A DNA stretch of 64,000 nt from Flavobacteriales bacterium. GTDB taxonomy: Bacteria > Bacteroidota > Bacteroidia > Flavobacteriales > CAJXXR01. The stretch spans positions 1,152 through 65,151 of the forward strand of contig JBMYYR010000002.1 in the NCBI GenBank assembly GCA_049609625.1, read 5' to 3'. Both the position numbers and the translations under genes were made by a program. Positions 47,708-57,116 of this stretch are shown one piece after another. Position 1 is the first letter of the stretch; every line of letters starts with the position of its first letter. The notes beneath the pieces are model-generated. The model made no database searches. It saw only the letters and a program-made list of their open reading frames with translations, and was not told the DNA's origin.

Positions 47708-48646
47708 ATGGAAACATTAGAATGCCTCATTATTGGTTCAGGACCAGCAGGTTATACGGCAGCAATTTATGCAGCAAGAGCAGAGCTTAAACCTGTAATG
47801 TATCAAGGTTTGCAACCAGGCGGACAGCTAACAATCACGACCGAAGTTGACAACTTCCCTGGCTACCCACAAGGAACGGACGGAACGGCGATGATGGAAG
47901 ATTTGAAAGCTCAAGCCGAGCGTTTTGACACCGACGTTCGTTTTGGAATGGTAACCAAAGTTGAATTTGCCACAGAAGCTGGGAAAAATCATAAAATTAC
48001 GGTTGACGAAAGCATTGAATTAGAGGCAAAAACAGTCATTATTTCAACTGGAGCAACGGCCAAATGGCTTGGCTTAGAATCAGAAGAACGCTTAAACGGT
48101 TTTGGAGTTTCTGCCTGCGCTGTTTGTGATGGTTTCTTTTATAAAGGACAAGATGTTGTCGTGGTTGGCGGTGGAGATACCGCTGCGGAAGAAGCGTCAT
48201 ACTTAGCCAAAATTTGTAAAAGTGTAACGCTTTTGGTTCGTCGAGATGAAATGCGTGCGTCTAAAGCTATGCAAAACAGAGTGATGAGTATCAGTAATTT
48301 AGAGGTTAAATTCAATCATTCTACTGTTGAGATTTTAGGTGAAAAATCTGTTGAAGCAGTTCGTGTAAAAAACACAAACTCTGGAGAAGAATATGACATT
48401 CCAGCCACTGGATTTTTTGTTGCCATTGGCCACAAACCGAACTCAGGCATCTTCAAAGGTCAGTTAGATATGGATGATGCTGGTTATTTGATTACCACTC
48501 CGGGAACGAGTAAAACGAATTTACCGGGTGTTTTTGCAGCTGGAGATATTCAAGATAAAATTTATCGACAAGCTATTACGGCAGCAGGTTCTGGTTGTAT
48601 GGCCGCTTTGGATGCCGAACGTTATTTGGCAGAATTTGGGCATTAA
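47708..48646 (+). CDS. trxB: Thioredoxin-disulfide reductase
   Basis: IIGSGPAGYTAAIYAAR, the redox-active CAVCDG, and GGGDTA and GDIQD motifs. Confidence 0.95.
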   Translation: METLECLIIGSGPAGYTAAIYAARAELKPVMYQGLQPGGQLTITTEVDNFPGYPQGTDGTAMMEDLKAQAERFDTDVRFGMVTKVEFATEAGKNHKITVDESIELEAKTVIISTGATAKWLGLESEERLNGFGVSACAVCDGFFYKGQDVVVVGGGDTAAEEASYLAKICKSVTLLVRRDEMRASKAMQNRVMSISNLEVKFNHSTVEILGEKSVEAVRVKNTNSGEEYDIPATGFFVAIGHKPNSGIFKGQLDMDDAGYLITTPGTSKTNLPGVFAAGDIQDKIYRQAITAAGSGCMAALDAERYLAEFGH

Positions 48647-48664
48647 TTTAGTTTTCAACGGTTT

Positions 48665-49234
48665 ATGACAAAAGAAGAACTTAGAAAAAGCCAACTCAAA
48701 GCCCGACGTTTGCTAAGTCAGACAGAAGTGAACTTGCGCTCAGAGCAGATTTTAGCACAACTCAAAACGCTTGATATTTGGACTAAAAATTGCTTTCATA
48801 CTTTTGTCCCTATCGAAAGAAATAAGGAGGTAAATACTTGGCCTTTAATTCATTATCTAAGAGATGATTTAGTAAAAGAAGTCGTTGTGCCAAAAACAAA
48901 TTTTCACGATTTTTCGATGGAAAACATCCGTTTTGATACTGGTACTGAACTATATAAGAACAAATTTGGTATTTTTGAACCCGTTCGAGGTATCATTGTC
49001 AACGAACAAGATGTTGAAGTTGTTTTTGTACCACTTCTAGCCTTCAGTCCTGATGGTCATCGTGTTGGTTATGGCAAAGGATTTTATGATCGATTTTTGG
49101 CTAAATGCTCTAAGGATGTCATCAAAATTGGCTTGTCAATATTTGATGAATCCTTTGATATTCAGAATATTAAATCATCGGATGTGCGACTAGATTACTG
49201 TGTTTCACCAAACAAAATTATTACCTTCAAATGA
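48665..49234 (+). CDS. 5-formyltetrahydrofolate cyclo-ligase
   Basis: Length 189 aa, with an N-terminal K..LR motif and C-terminal VP.LAF...G.R.GYGKGFYDR.L. Confidence 0.85.
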   Translation: MTKEELRKSQLKARRLLSQTEVNLRSEQILAQLKTLDIWTKNCFHTFVPIERNKEVNTWPLIHYLRDDLVKEVVVPKTNFHDFSMENIRFDTGTELYKNKFGIFEPVRGIIVNEQDVEVVFVPLLAFSPDGHRVGYGKGFYDRFLAKCSKDVIKIGLSIFDESFDIQNIKSSDVRLDYCVSPNKIITFK

Positions 49235-49521
49235 AAATAGATTTAAAAACCATTGAGCATCTAGCACACCTATCCAAACTTGAATTTTCGGAAGACGAAA
49301 AGCAAACGATGCTTCAAGATTTTGAGAACATGTTAGGCTTCGTGAGCAAATTAGAAGAAATTGATTTGTCGGGTGTAGAGCCAAAAATCTACGTCAATGA
49401 TGAAACAAATTATTTAAGAGAAGATGTTGAAAATCAATCTATAACGAGAGAGGAAGCTCTTAAGAATGCACCTCAAAAAGACGATTATTATATCCGCGTA
49501 CCTAAGGTCATAAAGCAGTAA
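49231..49521 (+). CDS. gatC: Asp/Glu-tRNA(Asn/Gln) amidotransferase subunit C
   Basis: 96 aa with HLA.LSKLEFSE.E and LR.D motifs. ATGA overlap with the upstream gene. Confidence 0.9.
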   Translation: MKIDLKTIEHLAHLSKLEFSEDEKQTMLQDFENMLGFVSKLEEIDLSGVEPKIYVNDETNYLREDVENQSITREEALKNAPQKDDYYIRVPKVIKQ

Positions 49522-50600
49522 TGCTAAACATCATGTCGAAGCCAATCGTTCGAGCTCTGAAAGAAAAATCGAAAATCATTATTGCGGGGCCATGCAGCGC
49601 GGAAAATAGAAATCAAGTTTTTGAGACCGCTCAAGTGCTTAAAAAACAGAATGTTACTGCATTTCGAGCGGGCATTTGGAAACCTCGAACACGCCCCAAT
49701 AGTTTTGAAGGTATTGGTTTGGCCGCTATCGATTGGATGAAAGAGGTTCAGAGTGAATTGGAACTCCCAATTTGTACTGAAGTAGCTAGTACTAAGCATG
49801 TTGAGGCTTGTTTGAACGCTGGTTTTGACGCCCTTTGGATTGGAGCTAGAACCACCGTAAATCCGTTTTTGGTTCAGGAACTTGCCGAAAGCTTGAAAGG
49901 TGTAGACATTCCGATTTTTATTAAAAACCCCATTCATGCCGAAAATGGACTTTGGATTGGTGCTATCGAACGTTTCCAAAAAGCTGGTGTTCAGCATTTA
50001 GCAACAATCTTTCGAGGATTTTTCACGATGAATTCCGCACCTTATAGAAATGATCCAAAATGGCGTTTAGCTCTGGAAATCAAACGTTTATTTCCTGATT
50101 TACCTATGATTTGTGATCCAAGTCATATTGCCGGAACACCAGAACTTATTCCAGCTTTGTCGCAAACCGCTTACGATTTGAGTTTTGATGGCTTGATGAT
50201 TGAAACGCATCCTCAACCTGAATTGGCTTTGAGCGATGCGCAACAACAAATAAAACCAGAAGAGCTCAAACGCATTTTGGACAATTTGCTTGTTAAACAA
50301 AAGCAATTTGAAGCTGTTGCGCCTACTCAAGAAATGGAAAATCTTCGTCAACATATCAATACAATTGACGACCAGCTGATTGATTTTCTGGAACAACGTT
50401 TTCAATTAATCGATCAGATTGGTGCACTCAAAAAAGAACATAATGTTCAAGTTTTTCAGATTGAAAGATATCAAGAAATGCTTGATAATCAACTAAACAA
50501 ATCTCATCAATATTTGAATTCATCTTTAGTTAAAGATTTGTTTGAGCTCATTCATAAGCATTCAATAGCTTATCAGACTCAATTAAACTTAAAGCATTAG
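49521..50600 (+). CDS. Bifunctional 3-deoxy-7-phosphoheptulonate synthase / chorismate mutase type II
   Basis: N-terminal DAHP synthase (KDO8PS-like) TIM-barrel motifs (AGPCS.E, FR.G.WKPRT, DPSH), and a C-terminal helical CM domain (LR..I..ID..L...L..R). Confidence 0.85.
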   Translation: MLNIMSKPIVRALKEKSKIIIAGPCSAENRNQVFETAQVLKKQNVTAFRAGIWKPRTRPNSFEGIGLAAIDWMKEVQSELELPICTEVASTKHVEACLNAGFDALWIGARTTVNPFLVQELAESLKGVDIPIFIKNPIHAENGLWIGAIERFQKAGVQHLATIFRGFFTMNSAPYRNDPKWRLALEIKRLFPDLPMICDPSHIAGTPELIPALSQTAYDLSFDGLMIETHPQPELALSDAQQQIKPEELKRILDNLLVKQKQFEAVAPTQEMENLRQHINTIDDQLIDFLEQRFQLIDQIGALKKEHNVQVFQIERYQEMLDNQLNKSHQYLNSSLVKDLFELIHKHSIAYQTQLNLKH

Positions 50601-52307
50601 ATGAAAAAATGGCTTCTTCACCAAAAACAAAATTCTGATCTCAAAACTCAATTTGAATCCGATTTGAATTTGCATCCCATTGTGGCTCAATTGCTTATCA
50701 ATCGGAATTTAGAAAGTGTAGATGAAGCTAAAGCGTTTTTAAATCCAAGTTTAGATCAAATCCATGATCCGTGGTTGATGTACCAAATGCCCAAAGCGGT
50801 AGATTGCGTTTTGTCACATTTGGAACAAAACCATAAGATTATGGTTTATGGTGATTATGACGTTGATGGAACGACCTCGGTTACGATGATGTTTCATTTT
50901 CTAAGTCAATTTTCTGATCAAATTTGCTATTATATTCCCGATCGTTATGCCGAAGGCTATGGTGTTTCTGAATTAGGAATTGAAAAAGCAAAATCGACTG
51001 ATTGTCAATTAATTATAAGTTTAGATTGTGGAATAAAAGCCATCAATCAAGTCCAAAAAGCACGTGATTTTGGCATAGATTTTATTATCTGCGATCATCA
51101 TCAGCCTGGGAAAGAAAAACCCAATGCAACGGCGATTCTAAATCCAAAACAAAAAGAAGATGCCTATCCATTTAAAGAGCTTTCTGGTTGTGGTGTTGGT
51201 TTCAAACTCGTGCAAGCTATTGCCGATAGGAAATCGATTGATTTTGAGTCGATTAGTTGCTATTTAGACTTACTTGCTATTTCTATTGGGGCGGATATTG
51301 TCCCGATGGTGGGTGAAAATCGGGTCTTGGCTCATTTTGGTTTACAACTCCTGAATCGCAAGCCACGTCTAGGTTTAGCGCCATTTATTCCCAAATCGAT
51401 GAGCAATACGTCGAGGGATTTCGATATTTCTGATGTGGTGTTTAAAATTGCGCCTCGAATTAATGCCGCAGGTCGGATTGATCACGCCAACAAAGCGGTT
51501 GAACTCCTTTTGGAGGAGGATGTCTTTAAGGCTGAGGCTTTTGCGGAAGAAATAGATCAGTTTAATGAGAACCGAAAAGATTTAGATCAGGACATTACCA
51601 AAGATGCTTTGAAGATGTTGGAGTCTGATGCAAATGATTGGACAACAGTACTTTGTCATCATACATGGCACAAAGGTGTTGTCGGTATTGTGGCTTCCAG
51701 ATTGATTGAGCAAGTGTATCGTCCAACCATTGTTTTGACTGAAAAAGATGGTCTTTTGACGGGTTCGGCGCGTTCTATTCCAAATTTTAATATGTATGAG
51801 GCCTTAGAGGCTTGTTCTGAACATCTTATCCAGTTTGGAGGACACTATTTTGCGGCAGGAATGACCCTTAAAAAAGAAGATTTTGAAGCCTTTAAATCTG
51901 CTTTTGAGCTGTATGCAGAATCGAAATTGAAAGCTGAGGATTTGATAGAAAGCATTAAGATTGAATCGGCTTTGGAACTTCGCGATATTAATCAAGATTT
52001 ATTTCAGCAATTACAAGCTTTAGAACCTCATGGGCCACAAAATTTACATCCTATTTTTGGTGCAAAAGAAATTCGTAATACGCAGTGGACAAAGACTGTA
52101 GGTCAAAATTCTGAACATCTTTCTTTAGTTTTGGCAGATAAACAAGATCGACGTCAAACCAAAAGAGGTATTGCTTTTCGACAGGGAAATTTGTTTGAAA
52201 AATTGGCTTTAGCCGATCACTTTGCCATCGTCTACGTCATCAAAGAAAATGTTTGGAAAGACACAAAAACTTTACAACTCGAAGTTCGTGATATGAAGTT
52301 TAGTTAA
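50601..52307 (+). CDS. recJ: Single-stranded-DNA-specific exonuclease RecJ
   Basis: DHH family motifs (GDYDVDGTTS, DCG, ICDHH) and the GGH..AAG DHHA1 motif. Confidence 0.95.
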   Translation: MKKWLLHQKQNSDLKTQFESDLNLHPIVAQLLINRNLESVDEAKAFLNPSLDQIHDPWLMYQMPKAVDCVLSHLEQNHKIMVYGDYDVDGTTSVTMMFHFLSQFSDQICYYIPDRYAEGYGVSELGIEKAKSTDCQLIISLDCGIKAINQVQKARDFGIDFIICDHHQPGKEKPNATAILNPKQKEDAYPFKELSGCGVGFKLVQAIADRKSIDFESISCYLDLLAISIGADIVPMVGENRVLAHFGLQLLNRKPRLGLAPFIPKSMSNTSRDFDISDVVFKIAPRINAAGRIDHANKAVELLLEEDVFKAEAFAEEIDQFNENRKDLDQDITKDALKMLESDANDWTTVLCHHTWHKGVVGIVASRLIEQVYRPTIVLTEKDGLLTGSARSIPNFNMYEALEACSEHLIQFGGHYFAAGMTLKKEDFEAFKSAFELYAESKLKAEDLIESIKIESALELRDINQDLFQQLQALEPHGPQNLHPIFGAKEIRNTQWTKTVGQNSEHLSLVLADKQDRRQTKRGIAFRQGNLFEKLALADHFAIVYVIKENVWKDTKTLQLEVRDMKFS

Positions 52308-52321
52308 GGAAAAACATTCAC

Positions 52322-53761
52322 TTATCTTTCATATTTACAGCAAGTGTGTAAGGCCTCATAATCTTCATCTTTTGCTTTGGAACGTTCAGTATCATAACCC
52401 GCTTTATTTATAGCTTGATGAACTGTTTTTAATTCAATTTTATCCGGATAATAGTTTAATGAAAGTATGCTTTTGTTATCCAATACTTTAAGAGCTATAT
52501 CTCTATTTTGACTTTGATTTATAGATCCAACACAAAATTTTAATTCAACACCTATTAACATGCTTTTATCTTCAATCTGGGTATAAAGACTACGGCTAGT
52601 GTATGCGCCAGAATCGTTTAAAAAAGAAACAAATAAACCCATAACCGCACTCGAATTAAGATAAAAAGGGTTGATAACGGAATAGACAACATCTATTTGT
52701 CCATCGTTATTTATGTCTGTGGCTTCTAATTGTTTTACTTGACCAGAAAAACCATCTATTTTGTATCTTTTTTTGATAATGAAATCAAAACTGTTGTTGT
52801 TTTGATTTTTATAATAAAACATATTATGTGCATCAAACAAAAGCAAATCCTGAAGTCCATCTCCATCATAATCAACAAGTTTTGTGAATTTAGTATAGAG
52901 GTTGGTTTCTCCTAAATGTTCAATGTTTAAGCCGTTGTAAATACATTGAATTTGCGCATCTGAATCCACAAAAACAATATCTTCAAGCTCATTAGTGTCT
53001 AAATCGCCAACATCGAAACTTTTGATACAAGATTCTAACATCAAATCAGAAAAATGACAAGCGTTGTTTCTGATGAGTCCTAAGTTGCTGTTACAGAAAT
53101 CATTACTATAAACAACCAAGACGTCCAAATCGCCATCAGCATCATAATCCACCGATTCCATCTGCGTTATGTTGGTAAAATGTGTTTCAATTTCTGAATG
53201 TTTGTAATGTTCGTCGCCTGTATTTTCTAGGTAAACCAATTGATTTGATGTTGAGGTCGAAAACAGGTCGATGTCGCCATCAGCATCAAAATCTACGGGT
53301 AAAAGTATGTTTGGATTTTGGATGTGTGTGCCCAAAATAATTTTCCGATGTTCAAAAGGAAAATCTTCCTCATCAGTTGTTTCAAAACTCAATATATATT
53401 CTACCACACTATCGCAACCGATAAAAGAAGTTAAAGTATCTACGAATGTAGTGTCGGCATAAAAAGTCTGGTGATTTATGACGTAAGAACAACGTTCAGT
53501 ACTGATGTTTTGCTGATGACAACTAATACTCGGAAGCACCGAAAGATTCAAATTGACAATAGAATCTTCGTTGCTTTGGCTGACTAAAGTATCGGAATAG
53601 AATCCTGCTATGGAATAGGACGCCGCACCGACCTGAACACTATGGCCTTCGCAAATGGAGACAAACAGCGTAGTGTCGCTCGCCTGATGTTGATTGTTGG
53701 TGTTGGAAAATACTGATAGACAACTTATTAGAGTAGAAAAAAGAAAGAGGTAATGTTTCAT
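52322..53761 (-). CDS. Secreted FG-GAP/VCBS-repeat (integrin-alpha-like beta-propeller) protein with an unusual C-terminal tail
   Basis: Start chosen at the ATG at 53761 (MKHYLFLFSTLISCLSVFS signal). It has four Ca-binding-type repeats (DFDADGDIDL, DYDADGDLDV, DYDGDGLQDL, DINNDGQIDV). No T9SS CTD was recognised. Confidence 0.7.
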   Translation of the reverse strand: MKHYLFLFSTLISCLSVFSNTNNQHQASDTTLFVSICEGHSVQVGAASYSIAGFYSDTLVSQSNEDSIVNLNLSVLPSISCHQQNISTERCSYVINHQTFYADTTFVDTLTSFIGCDSVVEYILSFETTDEEDFPFEHRKIILGTHIQNPNILLPVDFDADGDIDLFSTSTSNQLVYLENTGDEHYKHSEIETHFTNITQMESVDYDADGDLDVLVVYSNDFCNSNLGLIRNNACHFSDLMLESCIKSFDVGDLDTNELEDIVFVDSDAQIQCIYNGLNIEHLGETNLYTKFTKLVDYDGDGLQDLLLFDAHNMFYYKNQNNNSFDFIIKKRYKIDGFSGQVKQLEATDINNDGQIDVVYSVINPFYLNSSAVMGLFVSFLNDSGAYTSRSLYTQIEDKSMLIGVELKFCVGSINQSQNRDIALKVLDNKSILSLNYYPDKIELKTVHQAINKAGYDTERSKAKDEDYEALHTCCKYER

Positions 53762-53953
53762 AATCGTATTGATTTTCAAGATAAACATGATCTTTAAGAC
53801 CTGAACATACTCTTATAACTCAACATAATGTTAAAAATTGCTTAAACTTAACTCTTCTTCAACATCACTTTTGCTTGATAGATTTCAAAAGCCAAATCGA
53901 TAAATTTAACTCTCAAAACGTATATAAAATGCAAGTTTCGAGAGTTAAATTTA

Positions 53954-53961
53954 TATATTTG
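53954..53961 (+). promoter_or_regulatory. Candidate -7 box (TATATTTG) upstream of the beta-barrel-like gene
   Basis: TAnnTTTG match 24 nt upstream of the ATG at 53986. It lies inside the longer track ORF (53875), which argues for the short start. Confidence 0.35.
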
Positions 53962-53985
53962 TTTCAAAATAAAACATTTAAGTCA

Positions 53986-54618
53986 ATGAAGTCATTCGTT
54001 ATTCTATTCATTTTTTTGATAAACTCAGCTATTGCAAATGCTCAATTTGGTAAAGAACATGCTATTTATGTTTCTTCTGATTTAAGTTTTGGAATGTATT
54101 TTGGAATCGACCTAAATTTGAATTATATGTATAAAGAAACGTATTCGTTGAGGCTAGGCTTGTCTGGATTTGTACGCGATTCTAAAACGACACCCAAGGA
54201 TTATAATCCAGGTTTAGAACTACTGCCATTTACTGGTCCAATTGATCAATTGGTGAATTATCAATTGTGTGTAGGAAAAATAAAACTCTTAAATCCCAAA
54301 GGCACGATAAGGTTAAATCAATTTGTCGGTTTGGCTTATACTCTTATTTCTGAGCCCGACAATTATGTAAAAGGATCGTCTGGTTTTTTTAGTGATAATT
54401 ACGATTGGGAATTTGAAAAGCATCACGTGTTAAGTCTGCTCATTAATCCAAAATTTGAGTTTGCTTTTACAAGATATTTTGGACTTTCTATTTCGCCTAT
54501 ACTTTTGATCAACAAAGACCGAGTAAACATTGGTGTGGGAGCAGGCACTATGTTTGGTTTGCTTAGAAAACGAAAAAAGCAACGAAAAAGTATTAGAAAC
54601 AAAACTGAATATTTGTAG
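53986..54618 (+). CDS. Hypothetical secreted protein, possible small outer-membrane beta-barrel
   Basis: Signal peptide MKSFVILFIFLINSAIANAQ, alternating hydrophobic strands rich in Y/F/G, and a basic C-terminal tail. Confidence 0.45.
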   Translation: MKSFVILFIFLINSAIANAQFGKEHAIYVSSDLSFGMYFGIDLNLNYMYKETYSLRLGLSGFVRDSKTTPKDYNPGLELLPFTGPIDQLVNYQLCVGKIKLLNPKGTIRLNQFVGLAYTLISEPDNYVKGSSGFFSDNYDWEFEKHHVLSLLINPKFEFAFTRYFGLSISPILLINKDRVNIGVGAGTMFGLLRKRKKQRKSIRNKTEYL

Positions 54619-54787
54619 GCATTGTTTCAAAGAGTCGAAACCTCAAAGCTAAGAAAAAAACAATGTTAAAAACATCTTAATCTACTGTATTTCAATACAT
54701 TATATCAATACTATCAACATATTAAAAATCTATCAGAACTGACGTTGAAATTAGGATTCGGAAAACTCTAAATAAAACCTACTAAAT

Positions 54788-55267
54788 TTACCTCACCTTC
54801 AAACGCTCAACAATATCCAAAACAGCAGGACAAACTAAGGTATTTTGATAGGTTAAATCAAGGATTTGATGCATTTTTCGGCGGTCGGTGTGGGGAAATT
54901 CAGCGCAAGCATCAGGTCGGTGTTCATAAATGCGGCAGCTGTTGTCGTCTTCAAGAAAAACGCAAGGACTTGATTTTAGAACAAAATCGTGATCGTCGTC
55001 TTGGCGTAAATAGCTAGCAATAAATTCAGCTTCACTTTGTCGGAAATGCTTTGCTAAACGTTTGATATCACGAGTTTTAAAAATCGGACTGGTGGTTTTG
55101 CAGCAATTGGCACAATCGAGGCAATCGGTTTGTTTAAAAACCTCTTGATGCGCTTTGTGAAACTGTTTGTCGAGGTCTTTTGCTTTCTTTTTTTTGAGTT
55201 GAGAAAGGAATTTTTTGTTTTCTTTCTTTAATTCTTCTGCGTTTTTTAGAAATTTGTCCAAATTCAT
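54788..55267 (-). CDS. YkgJ-family (UPF0153) cysteine-cluster protein
   Basis: CLDCANCC (CxxCxxCC) motif plus downstream conserved Cys residues (C..L......C.IY..RP..C). Confidence 0.8.
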   Translation of the reverse strand: MNLDKFLKNAEELKKENKKFLSQLKKKKAKDLDKQFHKAHQEVFKQTDCLDCANCCKTTSPIFKTRDIKRLAKHFRQSEAEFIASYLRQDDDHDFVLKSSPCVFLEDDNSCRIYEHRPDACAEFPHTDRRKMHQILDLTYQNTLVCPAVLDIVERLKVR

Positions 55268-55274
55268 ATCATTG

Positions 55275-55991
55275 ATGTCAAGTTTAGAAACCCAAGCTCA
55301 CTCTGCTAACGATCCGATGGGCAAGGCAATATACGATTTTTCTTTAGGCAAAACCTGTGCGCCAATCTTGGTGCATTCGCCCGAGTTTTTTGATGATTGT
55401 ATTGATGTGCCTTATCTTTTCAGGTCGTTTGAAGATTGCCCCGAATTGGAACAAATGGCTCTAAAAAGGGCAAAAGGCCATATTCTGGATGTCGGTTGTG
55501 GCGCTGGGCCGCATTTATCTTATCTGATTCAACATCAAAAAAAAGCTTTGGGAATTGATATTTCCGAACTCGCCATTAAAAGCCTTAAAGAAAAAGGCTT
55601 GCCAGCCGAATGTGTTTCCATCTTCGAGTTCAAACCCAAAGAAAAATTTGACACCATTTTATTGTTGATGAATGGTTTAGGTTTGGCGGGAACGCGAGCA
55701 GAATTGCCACAATTTCTCGAAACCATCAAAGGCTTATTGTCAGAAACTGGAGAGGTTTTAGTAGAATCTTGCGCTATGGATTATTTGTTTGATAATGAGA
55801 AAGATGCGAAGGCTTTTTCTGGAGAAATTCTTTATCAGATGCAGTATGAAAATTGTCTTGGCAAGCCGTTTTATTGGCTGTATTTAAGTTTCGATGAGCT
55901 TAAAACATTCGCCAAACAAGTAGGTTTAAAAGCAGAATGTATTTATCAGACCGAATCTAGTTCGTATTTAGCTCGGCTTTGGCATACTTAG
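55275..55991 (+). CDS. Class I SAM-dependent methyltransferase
   Basis: Motif I is ILDVGCGAGPH, followed by GIDIS and LLLMNG (motif II/III spacing). The ATG at 55275 is preferred over the TTG at 55215. Confidence 0.75.
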   Translation: MSSLETQAHSANDPMGKAIYDFSLGKTCAPILVHSPEFFDDCIDVPYLFRSFEDCPELEQMALKRAKGHILDVGCGAGPHLSYLIQHQKKALGIDISELAIKSLKEKGLPAECVSIFEFKPKEKFDTILLLMNGLGLAGTRAELPQFLETIKGLLSETGEVLVESCAMDYLFDNEKDAKAFSGEILYQMQYENCLGKPFYWLYLSFDELKTFAKQVGLKAECIYQTESSSYLARLWHT

Positions 55992-56171
55992 CTAATAAAT
56001 GGGCTGTACTTAGCTTGTTTTCAGACTCTTCTGTTCGTTTGCTTAAATTTGGAATAGGATTAGCTACTGAGATTAACTTAAAGCTCTCTTTGTTAGGTAG
56101 TTATAATGAAATGTATTACAGAGCCAAAAAGAAGGACATCAAAATCAAATTAAAGCAATATTTGACTTAAA

Positions 56172-56195
56172 TTTGCCGAACAATTTACCGAACAA
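56172..56195 (+). repeat. Tandem 12-bp direct repeat (TTTGCCGAACAA / TTTACCGAACAA) just upstream of cyoE
   Basis: Read directly from the sequence, with 11/12 identity and no spacer. It ends 23 nt before the annotated cyoE start. Confidence 0.6.
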
Positions 56196-56218
56196 TCTGC
56201 CCCATCAAAAAAAAACTA

Positions 56219-57112
56219 TTGGTCGTGAGTCGTTTAAAAATCTATTCTGAATTAGCCAAAATTCGGCTGAGTACAACCGTTCTTTTTTCGGCGCTTGTAG
56301 GCTATGTTTTAGGTACAGACACCACCTATGGCGAAGCGTTTGATTGGTTTCACTTTGTGATGTTGGCCATCGGTGGATTTTTGGTCATTGCGTCTTCCAA
56401 TGGATTCAACCAAGTTTACGAAAAAGACACCGATAAGCTTATGAAACGTACCGAAACTCGCCCTTTGCCCGAAGGTCGAATTTCGCCAACCGAAGGAATC
56501 ATTTTCTCTACAGTAGCCGGTGTGATTGGTATTTTTTGTCTCACACAAATCAATATGAAATGTGCTATCTATGGCGCTATTTCGCTGATTCTCTACGCCG
56601 CAATCTACACACCATTAAAAACCAAAAGTCCCATAGCGGTTCTGGTTGGTGCTTTTCCTGGTGCTATTCCGGCGATGATAGGTTGGCTGGCAGCAACAAA
56701 CCATTTTGGTATTGAACCAGGTATTTTGTTTGCTATTCAATTTTTGTGGCAATTCCCTCATTTTTGGGCCATTGCGTGGCTTCAAGACGACGAATACAAA
56801 AAAGCAGGCATCAGATTATTGCCTTCCGGACTGCGAGACAAAAGCTCGGCTTATCAGGTGATGTCCTATTCGCTTTGGCTGATTCCCGTCTCAATTTCGC
56901 CTTTGCTTTTTCCGTTTTTGGATGTCCAAAGTGATCTTAAACTTTCTTATTTAGGCGGCGGACTCATCTTTTTGTTAGGGCTTTGGGTCTTTAGAGACGC
57001 GTATGGTTTGATGAAGGCTTGCTCTATGGAAGCGGCAAAAAAACTCATGTTTACCTGCCTAAAATACCTGCCTTTAGTTCAGATTATATTCCTTATAGAT
57101 AAATACATTTAA
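56219..57112 (+). CDS. cyoE: Protoheme IX farnesyltransferase (heme O synthase)
   Basis: UbiA-family membrane protein with the N..YE.D.D..M.RT..RPLP motif, in a cox-cluster context. The start is TTG (56219) or GTG (56225), so the exact start is uncertain. Confidence 0.88.
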   Translation: MVVSRLKIYSELAKIRLSTTVLFSALVGYVLGTDTTYGEAFDWFHFVMLAIGGFLVIASSNGFNQVYEKDTDKLMKRTETRPLPEGRISPTEGIIFSTVAGVIGIFCLTQINMKCAIYGAISLILYAAIYTPLKTKSPIAVLVGAFPGAIPAMIGWLAATNHFGIEPGILFAIQFLWQFPHFWAIAWLQDDEYKKAGIRLLPSGLRDKSSAYQVMSYSLWLIPVSISPLLFPFLDVQSDLKLSYLGGGLIFLLGLWVFRDAYGLMKACSMEAAKKLMFTCLKYLPLVQIIFLIDKYI

Positions 57113-57116
57113 TGTT

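Noticed and set aside
55979-56170. 63-aa TTG-initiated ORF in the spacer before cyoE
   Set aside because: It overlaps the methyltransferase stop, has a non-ATG start and has no recognisable features. The spacer is better explained as a regulatory region (see the 12-bp tandem repeat).
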